Assembly: GCA_965261595.1 (NCBI GenBank)
Contig: CBDHDG010000002.1
Location: 256,001-320,000 of the forward strand
Length of the DNA stretch: 64,000 bases
Origin: a bacterium
GTDB taxonomy: Bacteria > UBA8248 > JACPRG01 > G963555815
Direction: 5' to 3'
Both the position numbers and the translations under genes were made by a program. This document shows positions 40,100 through 49,760 of this stretch, in pieces (position 1 is the stretch's first letter; every line of letters starts with the position of its first letter). Below the pieces are notes generated by a model, which ran no database searches, had not been told where the DNA came from, and saw only the letters and a program-made list of their open reading frames with translations.

Positions 40100-40792
40100 G
40101 TGCGGAAGATCATCGATTTGAGCCTCATCGTGGAAGAAGGCATCCTGATGCCGTTCCTCAAGGAAAGGGACGAGGCTTTCGTCCTGGACGTGGTGAAGAC
40201 GCATGACTCCGGACCGGCGCACGGAACCGTTGTGGAGATGTACCTGCATGTCGGCACGCATGTCGATGCCCCCCTCCACTTCGTCCGGGGCGGAGACACG
40301 ATCGATCAGATCCCCTTGGACCGGCTCGTCGGCGACGCCCTCGCCCTCGACCTGCTCCACAAGGAGGGGGTCGTGCCGATCGAAAAGGCGGACCTGGAGG
40401 AGGCGGTGGAGAAGCTTCGCCGGGAGGGGATGGAGCACAAGGCGGGGGACATGGTCCTCATCTGCACGGGACATCATGAGCGGCACTGGGGGAGTCTGGA
40501 TTACTGGAAGTTTTCGCCCTACGTGACCGAAGAGGCAGCCCAGTGGATCGTCGATCAGGGATTTTCCGCCGTGGGGTTCGATTTCATGCAGGACATCCCC
40601 CAGGAACAGCAGGACCCCAAAGCCCCGGGACCCATCCACCGCATCATCCTGGGGAACTCTCTCTACAATATTGAGTACATTACAGGTTTGGACCGGGTGG
40701 CGGGCAAGAAGATTTGGCTCTCGGCGGCGCCGGTTTTGTTCAAAGGGGTGGAGGGGGCGCCCGCGCGGGTGTACGCCGTCGTGGAGGAGTGA
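40100..40792 (+). CDS. Cyclase family metal-dependent hydrolase (kynurenine formamidase-like)
   Basis: IIDLS, HVGTHVDAPLHF, GFD, IH..IL...IE, GAPARV. Confidence 0.9.
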   Translation: MRKIIDLSLIVEEGILMPFLKERDEAFVLDVVKTHDSGPAHGTVVEMYLHVGTHVDAPLHFVRGGDTIDQIPLDRLVGDALALDLLHKEGVVPIEKADLEEAVEKLRREGMEHKAGDMVLICTGHHERHWGSLDYWKFSPYVTEEAAQWIVDQGFSAVGFDFMQDIPQEQQDPKAPGPIHRIILGNSLYNIEYITGLDRVAGKKIWLSAAPVLFKGVEGAPARVYAVVEE

Positions 40793-40845
40793 TCCGGCGA
40801 ACGGATGCGGGCGCCGACGGGGGCTGAGGTTTGGAGGATTCGCCC

Positions 40846-42228
40846 ATGTCGTTCGATGACCCAAGGGATTTTCTGGCGCGTCTGGAAGGGGAAGGGGACC
40901 TGATCCGGATCTCCGAGCCGGTGGACGCCCGCTTCGAGATCTCGGCGTACATCCGGAAGACCTCGGACCAGCAGGGGCCGGCGCTCCTCTTCGAGCGGGT
41001 TAAGGGGCGCGACATCCCCGTCGTCGGGGGGATTTTCGCCGCGCGCCGCAGGGTGTTGCGGGCCCTGGGGTTCAAGTCCGAGGAGGCCGTCGAGCGATTC
41101 CGCCAAGCGGCCGACCATCCCATCGCCCCCGTCCTCGTCGACGAGGGTCCCTGCCAGGAGGTGGTTTACGAGGGGGACGCGGTCGACCTGACCCGGCTCC
41201 CCATCCCCACCTACAGTCCCCAGGACGGGGGGGCCTTCATCACCCACGGGATCGAGATCACCAAGGACCCGGAAACCGGGGAGAAGAACGCGGGCATCTA
41301 CCGCATGCAGCTCCAGGGCCGGAACCGGCTCGGGATCTTCGCCAACGTCCAGCAACACTGTTACATCCACTACACCAAGGCGGAGAAGAAGGGAGAGGCC
41401 CTGGAGATCGCTGTGGCCCTCGGGGTGGACCCGGTCGTCATGCTGGGGACGCAGGTGAAGGCCCCGTACGGAACGGACGAGCTGAGCGTCGCCGGAGGTC
41501 TCCGGGGGGAGGCGGTCCCGGTGGTGAAGTGCCGGACCGTGGACCTCGAAGTTCCGGCGATGAGCGAGATCGTGATCGAGGGCCGGATGCTGCCCGGCAT
41601 CCGGGAGGCGGAAGGGCCCTTCGGCGAGTTCTCCGGCTACTACGGCCCCGGCGACCGGCGTCCGGTCATCGAGGTGAGCGCCGTCACCCACCGGCGCTCC
41701 CCCATCTTTCACGCGGGGCTGACGGGCGTCCCGATGACGGAGAACCACTTCCTGAAGCAGATCCCCAACGAGGTCACCGTTTTTCGGGACCTCAGCGCCA
41801 AGTTCCCCGAGGTCAAGGCGGTTCACTTTCCGGCGTCGGGATGCAGCGAGTACCACTGCTACGTCTCGATGACGCCGCGTTACAAGGGACAGCCCCGAAA
41901 CGTCATCCTCGCCGCCCTGGGGAGCGCCAAGCGGCCGAAGCTGGTGGTTGTGGTGGACGAGGACATCGATATCTTCGATGACGTGAAGGTCCTCTGGGCG
42001 GTCGGCACCCGGATGCAGGCGGACCGGGACGTGATCATCGTGCCTGCCGCCGGCGGCGGCCCCCTCGACCCCTCGGCGCCCGAGCCGAACCTGTCGGCCA
42101 TGATGGGGATCGACGCCACGCGCCCCTTCGGGGAGGAATTCCCGGATGTGCCGGAGGTCCCCGGCGTCGAGAACGTCCCCGACCTGCTGGCCCTGGCGCG
42201 TCTGCGGGGAACCGCGGCCGGCCCTTGA
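40846..42228 (+). CDS. UbiD-family prFMN-dependent (de)carboxylase
   Basis: PALLFE, DGGAFIT, NAGIYRMQ, EIVIEG, EGPFGEFSGYY, VVVVDEDID, GIDATRP. Confidence 0.93.
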   Translation: MSFDDPRDFLARLEGEGDLIRISEPVDARFEISAYIRKTSDQQGPALLFERVKGRDIPVVGGIFAARRRVLRALGFKSEEAVERFRQAADHPIAPVLVDEGPCQEVVYEGDAVDLTRLPIPTYSPQDGGAFITHGIEITKDPETGEKNAGIYRMQLQGRNRLGIFANVQQHCYIHYTKAEKKGEALEIAVALGVDPVVMLGTQVKAPYGTDELSVAGGLRGEAVPVVKCRTVDLEVPAMSEIVIEGRMLPGIREAEGPFGEFSGYYGPGDRRPVIEVSAVTHRRSPIFHAGLTGVPMTENHFLKQIPNEVTVFRDLSAKFPEVKAVHFPASGCSEYHCYVSMTPRYKGQPRNVILAALGSAKRPKLVVVVDEDIDIFDDVKVLWAVGTRMQADRDVIIVPAAGGGPLDPSAPEPNLSAMMGIDATRPFGEEFPDVPEVPGVENVPDLLALARLRGTAAGP

Positions 42229-42341
42229 GACTTGCGGGTCCGCGCGAACGGCATTTCATCGACGCGGCCTGAAATCGCCCGCTCGAAATTACCCATTCGG
42301 GTCGGGCGGGTTGCCGAAAGCATGTGAACCGGAGGTGATCG

Positions 42342-44621
42342 ATGGACAGTCTGCGGGTGGTCGGCAAGCCGATCCCTCAGATCAACGCACCCGAGAAGGT
42401 CCACGGGTCGGCCCGGTACGTGGGAGACCTGGAATTTCCACGGATGCTCCACGCCAAGCTCCTGCGAAGCCCCCACGCCCACGCGCGAATCCTGAGCGTC
42501 CGGACGGACCGGGCCTTGAGCGTGCCCGGTGTGGCGGCCGTCGCCACCTCGGAGGACACGCCGAAAAATCTCTGGGGGCCGGTCAAGAGCGACCAACAGA
42601 TCCTGGCTGTAGGGAAGGTCCGGCATTTGGGGGAGGAGATCGCGGCGGTCGCGGCGAGCGACGAGGCCGCCGCCCAAGATGCCGTTGAGCGGATCGAGGT
42701 CGAGTATGAGGTTCTGGCGCCGGTGTTCGACGCCGAGGCGGCCCTGGCCCCCGGCGCCTCGGAGGTCCACGAGGGGACGGGGAACATCGCCCGGGAGATC
42801 CGCATCCGCCACGGGGACGTCGATCAAGGCTTCCGGGAATCGGCGGTCATCCACGAGGAGACCTATACGACGCCTCACCAGTTCCAGACTTACATGGAGC
42901 CCCTGGGCGCCTTGGCCGACATCGACGCTCAGGGGCGCATCACGCTCTATGTCCCCACCCAATCGATTTATTTCACCCGGCGGCTCATCGCGGGTGCCCT
43001 GAACCTGCCCTCGACGAAGATCCGGGTGATCCAGACGCACGTGGGCGGGGCCTTCGGCGGGAAGCTCGGCGAGGACCCCATCGGCCACATCGCCGCGGTT
43101 CTCGCTCAAAAGACCGGCCGTCCGGTCCGCCTCCTCAACAACCGGCTGGACGAGTTTCAGGGGTCGAGGCCCCGGATGCCCGCGGCCGTTCACCTCAAGA
43201 TGGGGGTCCGGGACGACGGGACGATCGCCGCCAAGGAGAGCCGGATCGTCGGGAACAACGGCGCCTATTCCGGTTTCTCCTACGAGGTGATCCAGGTGAC
43301 GGCCACCCGGATGGACAACCTGTACCGCCAACAGAACCTCAAGACCGACGCCCTTCTCGTTTACACCAACCTGATCCCCGCGGGCGCGTTCCGGGGATTC
43401 GGCAATCCCCAGATGTCCTTCGCCATGGAGTCCCATATGGACGTTCTGGCCGAGAAGCTGGGGATGGACCCCGCGGAGATCCGCTTCCGGAATGTGGTCC
43501 ATCAAGGGGACACGAGCATCCACGGCTGGGAGATGGGGAGCTGCGGCATCGAGGAGTGCATCGAGAAAGCGACCGCGGCGGTCGGATGGAAAGCGGCGCG
43601 CGCGGCCTCCGGGAACGGCGCCGTCCGGACCGGGATCGGTCTCGGGTGCGCCGTTCATTCGACCTCCAGCCGGCAGCTTTCCAACTGGGACGGCTCGACG
43701 GCGGTGGTCAAGGTCGACGACGACGGCAAGGTCCAGGTCGTTTGCGGCGAGGGGGACCTGGGGCAGGGCGCCCAGACGGTCATCGCACAGATCGCCGCCG
43801 AAGGGCTGGGCCTCGAGGTCGAGGACATCCGGGTCTCCGCGGCCGACACCGAGAACACGCCGCTCTGCTTCGGGGGCTACGGCAGCCGGCTGACGCTGAT
43901 GGCGGGCAACGCCGTGCAAAAGGCGGCCGAGTCCTGCGCGGAAAAGCTGCTCCACATCGCCGCCGACGAGCTGGAAGTCTCGCCGGGAGACCTGTCCCTC
44001 GGGGAAGGGGCGATCTTCGTCACGGCCGCCCCGGACAGGAGGATGGGCCTGGGCGAGGCCGTCGCGGCGAACCTGCTTCGCGCAGGTGGAGATATCGTTT
44101 ACAGCCAGGCCACCTGGGACGCGCCGACGGTGATGCCCAACGAGGAGAACCACTACGGCCGGTCGACCGTCGCCTGCTCCTTCGCGTGCGTGATTGTCGA
44201 AGTGGAGGTGGACACCGAGACCGGCCAGATCCTTTTGAAGCGCATCGTGGCCGCCGACGACCTGGGCCGGGCGATCAATCCGCTGACCGTCGAGGGCCAG
44301 GTGCAGGGCGAGCTTGCGCAGGGGATGGGTTACGCGATGTTCGAGAACGCCGTTCTGGACGGCGGCGGGTTCGCGGGGGGCAACCTAGCCGACTACACCG
44401 TGCCGAACGCGGGCTCGCTTCCGGAGATGACCTCGATCTTCGTCGAGTCGCTCGATCCCAACGGTCCTTTCGGCGCCAAGGGATGCTCGGAGTGCGCCCT
44501 CGTCCCCTGCGGCGCCGCCCTGGCGAACGCCGTCTATGACGCGGTGGGCGTGCGGCTGACCGCCCTGCCGATCCGGCCTGAGACCGTCTTGAAGGCCCTG
44601 TCTGAGGTTTCTCCCGTGTGA
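42342..44621 (+). CDS. Xanthine dehydrogenase-family molybdopterin-binding subunit
   Basis: LRSPHAHARI, VGGAFGGK, GAFRGFGNPQ, GQG, EGQVQG..QGMG, GAKGCSE. Confidence 0.92.
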   Translation: MDSLRVVGKPIPQINAPEKVHGSARYVGDLEFPRMLHAKLLRSPHAHARILSVRTDRALSVPGVAAVATSEDTPKNLWGPVKSDQQILAVGKVRHLGEEIAAVAASDEAAAQDAVERIEVEYEVLAPVFDAEAALAPGASEVHEGTGNIAREIRIRHGDVDQGFRESAVIHEETYTTPHQFQTYMEPLGALADIDAQGRITLYVPTQSIYFTRRLIAGALNLPSTKIRVIQTHVGGAFGGKLGEDPIGHIAAVLAQKTGRPVRLLNNRLDEFQGSRPRMPAAVHLKMGVRDDGTIAAKESRIVGNNGAYSGFSYEVIQVTATRMDNLYRQQNLKTDALLVYTNLIPAGAFRGFGNPQMSFAMESHMDVLAEKLGMDPAEIRFRNVVHQGDTSIHGWEMGSCGIEECIEKATAAVGWKAARAASGNGAVRTGIGLGCAVHSTSSRQLSNWDGSTAVVKVDDDGKVQVVCGEGDLGQGAQTVIAQIAAEGLGLEVEDIRVSAADTENTPLCFGGYGSRLTLMAGNAVQKAAESCAEKLLHIAADELEVSPGDLSLGEGAIFVTAAPDRRMGLGEAVAANLLRAGGDIVYSQATWDAPTVMPNEENHYGRSTVACSFACVIVEVEVDTETGQILLKRIVAADDLGRAINPLTVEGQVQGELAQGMGYAMFENAVLDGGGFAGGNLADYTVPNAGSLPEMTSIFVESLDPNGPFGAKGCSECALVPCGAALANAVYDAVGVRLTALPIRPETVLKALSEVSPV

Positions 44622-44700
44622 TGTCCCGGGTGGATTCCGCCCAAGGCGGGAGAACGGTCGATCCCATCATCCACGGTGGTCAGACCGAAAGAGGGAGGAC

Positions 44701-45546
44701 GTGATGCGTCAAGTCAGTCCGCATGTCTATATCGATCCGGACGACGGGGGTTGCACAGTCGGGGCCATCCGGACGTCCGAGGGGGTGGTTCTGGTCGATT
44801 CTCCCCACAAACCGACACGGGCGCTGCGGTGGCGGGATGAAGTCGAAACACTGGGCGGGGTCCGCTACCTGATCAACACCGAGCACCACATCGACCACAC
44901 CTTCGGCAACGCCTTTCTCCCCGGCGTCGTTCTCGTCCATCAAGGGGTCCGGGAGAAATTCTGGGAGGACAACATTCTCGGCGGAACCCCGTTGAAGGAC
45001 CCGCGTCCGTACGTCGAGAAGTGCGATCCGCGGGCCATGGATTTGGCCGACGAATATCAGGCCCGGGGACCGGAACTCTCTTTTGACGGCCGCCTGACGT
45101 TGTTCCTGGGGGACGTGACCATCGACCTCTTCGCGCTGCCCGGCCACATCGCGGCGGAGACCGCCGTCTATGTCCGGGAAGACCGGACGCTTTTTACGAG
45201 CGACAATGTCTTTCATGACACGATGACTTGGTATCATGAGGCCCTCCCGTTCGAATGGCTTGAGTCGCTGGATTCGTTCAAGAAGATGGACGTTGAGGTG
45301 GTCGTGCCGGGGCACGGAATCGAAGCGGGCCCTGCGGTATTCGATGAGATGAGGCAGGTTGTGGAAGACGCCATCCGGGAAGTGCGCTCGGCCATTCAGT
45401 CCGGGATAAGCCGGGAGGAGGCGGCCGAGAACATCACGTTCATCGACCGCCAGCCGGTTCCGGAAGAACATCGGCCGTACGCGCCCATGCTTCAGCGGAT
45501 CTTTGTCGGGCGGATCTATGACGCGATTCAGGCGCGGGTCTCGTAA
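44701..45546 (+). CDS. MBL-fold metallo-hydrolase
   Basis: NTEHHIDHTFGN, PGH, TSDN, VPGHG. Confidence 0.9.
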   Translation: MMRQVSPHVYIDPDDGGCTVGAIRTSEGVVLVDSPHKPTRALRWRDEVETLGGVRYLINTEHHIDHTFGNAFLPGVVLVHQGVREKFWEDNILGGTPLKDPRPYVEKCDPRAMDLADEYQARGPELSFDGRLTLFLGDVTIDLFALPGHIAAETAVYVREDRTLFTSDNVFHDTMTWYHEALPFEWLESLDSFKKMDVEVVVPGHGIEAGPAVFDEMRQVVEDAIREVRSAIQSGISREEAAENITFIDRQPVPEEHRPYAPMLQRIFVGRIYDAIQARVS

Positions 45547-45904
45547 CCCGAATTTCTCAAAGCGATTTCGCGGCGGAAATGTTCGTTGCCCGTAGCCGCG
45601 TCAATCGGATGTAGGCATGCCGCGCCCTTGCCGGGGCCGGCGGGCGCGTGAAAAATCCCCTCCTCCCTCTCCCCCCCCCCCCCCCAAACCCCCGAAAATC
45701 CCGGGTCACGGAATCCGGCGAGAACCGAACGGTCGCCTGAGAGGGCCAAGGATAGCTGAGATCCGCGCCGAAACAACGGAAACGGGAGTCGAAGCTCCTC
45801 GCCCTCATGGAAGTCCCGGACTGAGGTATACTGATTTCAGTTCAACCCGTGTCCCGGCGCTCGGTCCAAGAGACGGGACGGGATCGATGGAAAGGTCGGG
45901 ATCC

Positions 45905-47266
45905 ATGGAACAACTCAAGGTCGTCCATTTCCTGAACCACTTCTTCGCCGGCGTCGGCGGCGAGGAGAAGACGGACGCGCCGGTCGAAGTCCGGCCGGGG
46001 GCCGTGGGACCCGGCGCGCCGCTGGAGGCCCATTGGGAGGGAAAAGCCCGGATCGTCGCGACGGTTTTTTGCGGCGATAACCACTTCCAGCGACACGCCG
46101 AGGAGGTCGCCGCGCGCGTGGCCGAGGTGGTTCGTGAAGAGGGGGCCGGGCTCCTGGTGGCCGGGCCGGCGTTCGACGCGGGCCGATACGGATTCGCCTG
46201 CGCGACGGTGTGCGCCCGGGCGGCGGATGCGGCCGGGGTGGCGGCGGTGACCGGGATGTTCCCCGAAAACCCGGGGGTGGAGGTCTACCGCGCCCGGAAG
46301 CCCGAACGGATGTACGTCGTGCCGACGGCGAAGACGGTCCGGGGCATGGCCGAGGCCCTGTCGCGGATGGCCCGACTCGCCCTGCGCGCCGCCTCGGGAG
46401 AGCCGATCGGGTTCCCCGAGGAGGAGGGGGAGGCGTATCTGCCGCGGGGTGTGCGGGTTTCCGTCCTGACGGAGAAGACGGGCGCCCGCCGCGTCGTCGA
46501 GATGGTGGTCGCCAAGGTCCAGGGGCTCGAGGTCCGCACCGAGGTCCCGCTGGGGGCGTACCCGGTTGTCCCGCCCGCCCCGCCGCTGAAGCGCCTGGCC
46601 GGAAGCCGCATCGCCCTGGTGACCAGCAGCGGGGTCGTCCCGAAGGGCAATCCCGACCGGTTCAAGACGCACGTGAACGATCGCTGGGCCAAATACCCCA
46701 TCGACGGAATGGAACGCCTGGAAACCGGCGTTTGGGAGACGGTCCACGGCGGTTACAACACCGAGTTCATGACCCGGAATCCCCATTTCGGCGTCCCGCT
46801 GGACGCCCTGCGGGCGTTGGAGCGGGAGGGCGTGTTCGGCTCGCTCCTTCCCCACTATTATGTCGTTCCGGGAAACCAGGTGCAGGTCAGCGACGCCCAC
46901 CGAATGGCCGCCGAGATGGCGAAAGAGATGCGGGAGGACGGGGTGGAGGGCGTGCTCCAGGTCGCCACGTGAGGAACGTGCACTCGATGCGGGTCATCGA
47001 TGAGCAAGGAATTCGACAGGGCGCAAATTCCCGCGGTCCTGATCACGGCCATGGCCCCCATGGCGAAGATGTTGAGCGCGAACCGGATTGTCCTGGGTTT
47101 GGCGATCCCCTATCCGTGCGGCGATCCGAGCCTGCCGGAGGCGGAGGATTTTCGCTTGCGCAAGGCCCTGGTCCATGACGCGCTGAAGGTCCTGGAGACC
47201 GAAGTCCAGGGACCCACGATCTTCGAGCCGGAGGTCCTGAAGACAATTTCTTCGATCACGTATTAG
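45905..47266 (+). CDS. grdB: Glycine/sarcosine/betaine reductase selenoprotein B (GrdB/GrdF/GrdH family), Sec at in-frame TGA 46970-46972; substrate not assignable
   Basis: NHFFAGVGGEE, CGDN, AGPAFDAGRYG..C, IALVTSSGVVPKGNPD, HGGY; the frame reads through TGA as VAT-U-GTCTRCG into ORF 47000-47266. Confidence 0.92.
46973..47010 (+). promoter_or_regulatory. Putative bacterial SECIS hairpin
   Basis: TCGATG-CGGGT-CATCGA stem-loop with G-rich loop starting about 12 nt after the UGA. Confidence 0.6.
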
Positions 47267-47308
47267 TCTCGTAGGTTTTTCATATCGAGACCCGAATAGT
47301 CCCTTTCG

Positions 47309-47402
47309 GGCCGGGCAAGATGCCCGGCCTACCGGACGGTGAAACCCGGTGTTTTCAAAACAGGTAGGGAGGGCGTTTGGGTCGGTTGACCCCTTGCCCG
47401 CC
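47309..47402. repeat. REP-like palindrome doublet (REPIN-like)
   Basis: GGCCGGGCAAGATGCCCGGCCTACC ... GGTAGG..TTTGGGTCGGTTGACCCC. Confidence 0.7.
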
Positions 47403-47553
47403 TTCTCTGCAATTTGTGAAGTGTCAATTTATTTTGGAGGCGCTACACTTAGGAAGCGGTCGGCCATGAGCTTTTAGCCGTCAGGCGCCCACAGGGGCCT
47501 TGCGGGGACGATGGACGGCCGCCGGTCCGGAAGGGGAAGGAGGAGACAGGGCG

Positions 47554-48852
47554 GTGAGGTTGGAGATGGGCGTGTTCCCGGTCCGGGAGATCGTCCTGGG
47601 CCGGAGCACCGGATATGCCGAAGGCAGGCTGACGGTGGATGTGGACGAAATCACGCGGTTGGTCCGGGAGAGCCCGCAGATAACAGATGCGGCGTGCGAG
47701 GTGGTGGTCCCCGGGGAATCCGTGCGGGTGCCTTACGTCCTGGATGCCGTGGAGCCGCGCGTCAAGGTGAGCGGTCCGGGGTGCGTCTTCCCCGGCATCC
47801 TGGGCGGGGTGGAGACGGTGGGTTCGGGGCGCACCCACCGCCTGGACGGGATGGCCGTCGTGGCCTCGGGCGAGATCCCCCTTCCCACCCTGGGCACGGG
47901 GGCGAGCCGTGGGGCGTTTTTGGACATGGCGGCGCCGGGCAACCTCGGACCCCTGAGCCATACCCTGAATCTCGTGCTCCTTTTAGAGTTCGCCCCCGGC
48001 CACGGGGAGCTGGACTACCACGCCGCCGTCCAGATGGCCGAGATGCGGGTCGGGCGTCATCTGGCGGAGGCCACGGCCGGCCTCACCCCCGCCGAGACGG
48101 CGACCTACGACATCGAAGAGGTGGACCCGGCGCTCCCCAAGGTCGTGCTCATCCAGGGGGTCGTCACCGTGGCCCACGAGCCCCACCCCTGGTACGCCTT
48201 CTACGGCCAGCCGATCCGCGCCGTCTTTCCGTTCTTTGTCCACCCCAACGAGTTGCTGGACGGGGCCTTCACGGTCCGGGCCACGGGGATCTCGGGGCAC
48301 TCGCCGTCCACCTGGGAGTGGGGGAACCACTCGGTGGTGGAGGAGCTTTACCGGGCCCACGGGCGCGAGTTGAACTTCCTCGGCATCGTCGTGCACCGCA
48401 TCGGGTTCGATACCCACGGGGCCAAGCAGATGGCGGCGAATCAGGCGGCCAAGCTGGCCCGGCGGCTCGGCGCCGACGGCGCCATCGTGGCCTGGCTCGC
48501 CGCCGGCAATGCCTTCATCGACACCATGCTGTCCGTTCAGGCCTGCGAGCGGGCGGGGATCCGTACGGTCCTTCTGACCTACGAGCAGCCGGGCGTCCGG
48601 GGGGTGGACCCGTCATTCATCTTCTCCGTGCCTGAAGCCGACGCCATCGTGAGCACCGGGAACAAGAACGTGGCCCTGTGCACGGCCCCCGTCGAGCGGG
48701 TGGCGGGGGGCCGAGAGACCCTGCACTGGGACTTCGCCGCCACCGCCCCCGAGGCGCCGGCCGGGGAGGCCATCCAGGTGGACGATCTCTTCCGGGTCCT
48801 GGGCGGCGTGGACACCTGGGGATGGGGCCGGGTCACGTGCCGGGAGCGTTGA
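47554..48852 (+). CDS. Glycine/sarcosine/betaine reductase component B alpha/beta subunit (GrdE/GrdG/GrdI family)
   Basis: PGESVR...LDAVEPRVKV, GSGRTHRLDG, HPNELLDGA, HGRELNFLG, GN..ID, EADAIVSTGN; GTG start after AGGAGA. Confidence 0.88.
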   Translation: MRLEMGVFPVREIVLGRSTGYAEGRLTVDVDEITRLVRESPQITDAACEVVVPGESVRVPYVLDAVEPRVKVSGPGCVFPGILGGVETVGSGRTHRLDGMAVVASGEIPLPTLGTGASRGAFLDMAAPGNLGPLSHTLNLVLLLEFAPGHGELDYHAAVQMAEMRVGRHLAEATAGLTPAETATYDIEEVDPALPKVVLIQGVVTVAHEPHPWYAFYGQPIRAVFPFFVHPNELLDGAFTVRATGISGHSPSTWEWGNHSVVEELYRAHGRELNFLGIVVHRIGFDTHGAKQMAANQAAKLARRLGADGAIVAWLAAGNAFIDTMLSVQACERAGIRTVLLTYEQPGVRGVDPSFIFSVPEADAIVSTGNKNVALCTAPVERVAGGRETLHWDFAATAPEAPAGEAIQVDDLFRVLGGVDTWGWGRVTCRER

Positions 48853-49081
48853 TGCCTGGCCGGCATGCGAACCCTCGGCCGGAAGGGGGGAGGGGGGGGG
48901 GAGGGGAGAGGGGGGACGATTCGGACCTCGAACCGAAAAACCGTTCCCCCGAGCCGACGCCCGTTCTTTATCAGGTTGCGGAAAAACACCTGATCCGTGG
49001 ACCGCCACAACGGATTTCCAGATCGCCCCGCTGTCGGATTTGTCTGACTGAGCCTGCCGGAGCAAGGCTCAAAATCCCGGA

Positions 49082-49573
49082 TCACAATCCCGTGGCATTC
49101 CAGTCCGATGCGGGCGCTTCGGGCGCGGGGGTGCACCCCGCGGTCTTGACGCCGGTGATGGCGCAGTACTCATCCTTGTCCGAGGAGTCGCCGCTGATGC
49201 CGACCGCGCCCACCACATTGCCGGAGGCGTTACATATCAGAACGCCGCTGGGAACGGGGATGAAGCGGCCGGCGGACGCCGCCGCCAGCGCGCCCTGAAA
49301 CGCCGGACGGTCCTTGAGGCGGTCTCTGATGGCGCGGCTGGGCATGCCCATTCCCAGGGAGGCCCAGGCCTTGCCGACGGCGATGTCCACGCGCAGGATG
49401 CCCGATCCGTCCTCCCGCTTGAGGGCGATAAGGTTCCCCCCGGCGTCGAGCACCGCCACCGTCAGAGGCAAAAGCCCCGCTTCCCGTCCCGCCGCCAACG
49501 CGGCGTCGATGATGGAGGAGGCGGATTCCAGCGGGAGGCCCGTCTGAATGTTCGTCAATTCACGCTCGGACAT
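49082..49573 (-). CDS. GlcG/HbpS (DUF336) heme-binding protein
   Basis: VAVLDAGG..LKREDG..IAVGKAW..VGAVGISGDSSDKDE. Confidence 0.9.
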   Translation of the reverse strand: MSERELTNIQTGLPLESASSIIDAALAAGREAGLLPLTVAVLDAGGNLIALKREDGSGILRVDIAVGKAWASLGMGMPSRAIRDRLKDRPAFQGALAAASAGRFIPVPSGVLICNASGNVVGAVGISGDSSDKDEYCAITGVKTAGCTPAPEAPASDWNATGL

Positions 49574-49760
49574 GTCAAGGCTTCTCCTTCCAGTCCAGAA
49601 GTTGGTGAGAAATCCCGGCTATTGAGGATGGCATAAATCATGTCCTGCACAGAACGGCTCACGAAAATATCCGGAAGATTTCCCGACACTTCTCGCCGGA
49701 CACAGATAGGCCATTAATAAAACAAGGCTCGATAACTTTCTGGAAGGAAAGGAGGGGAAT

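Noticed and set aside
41880..44153. Long antisense ORFs (also 58578-60785, 30525-32045, 33382-34863)
   Set aside because: Shadow frames of well-supported genes in GC-rich DNA; no motifs
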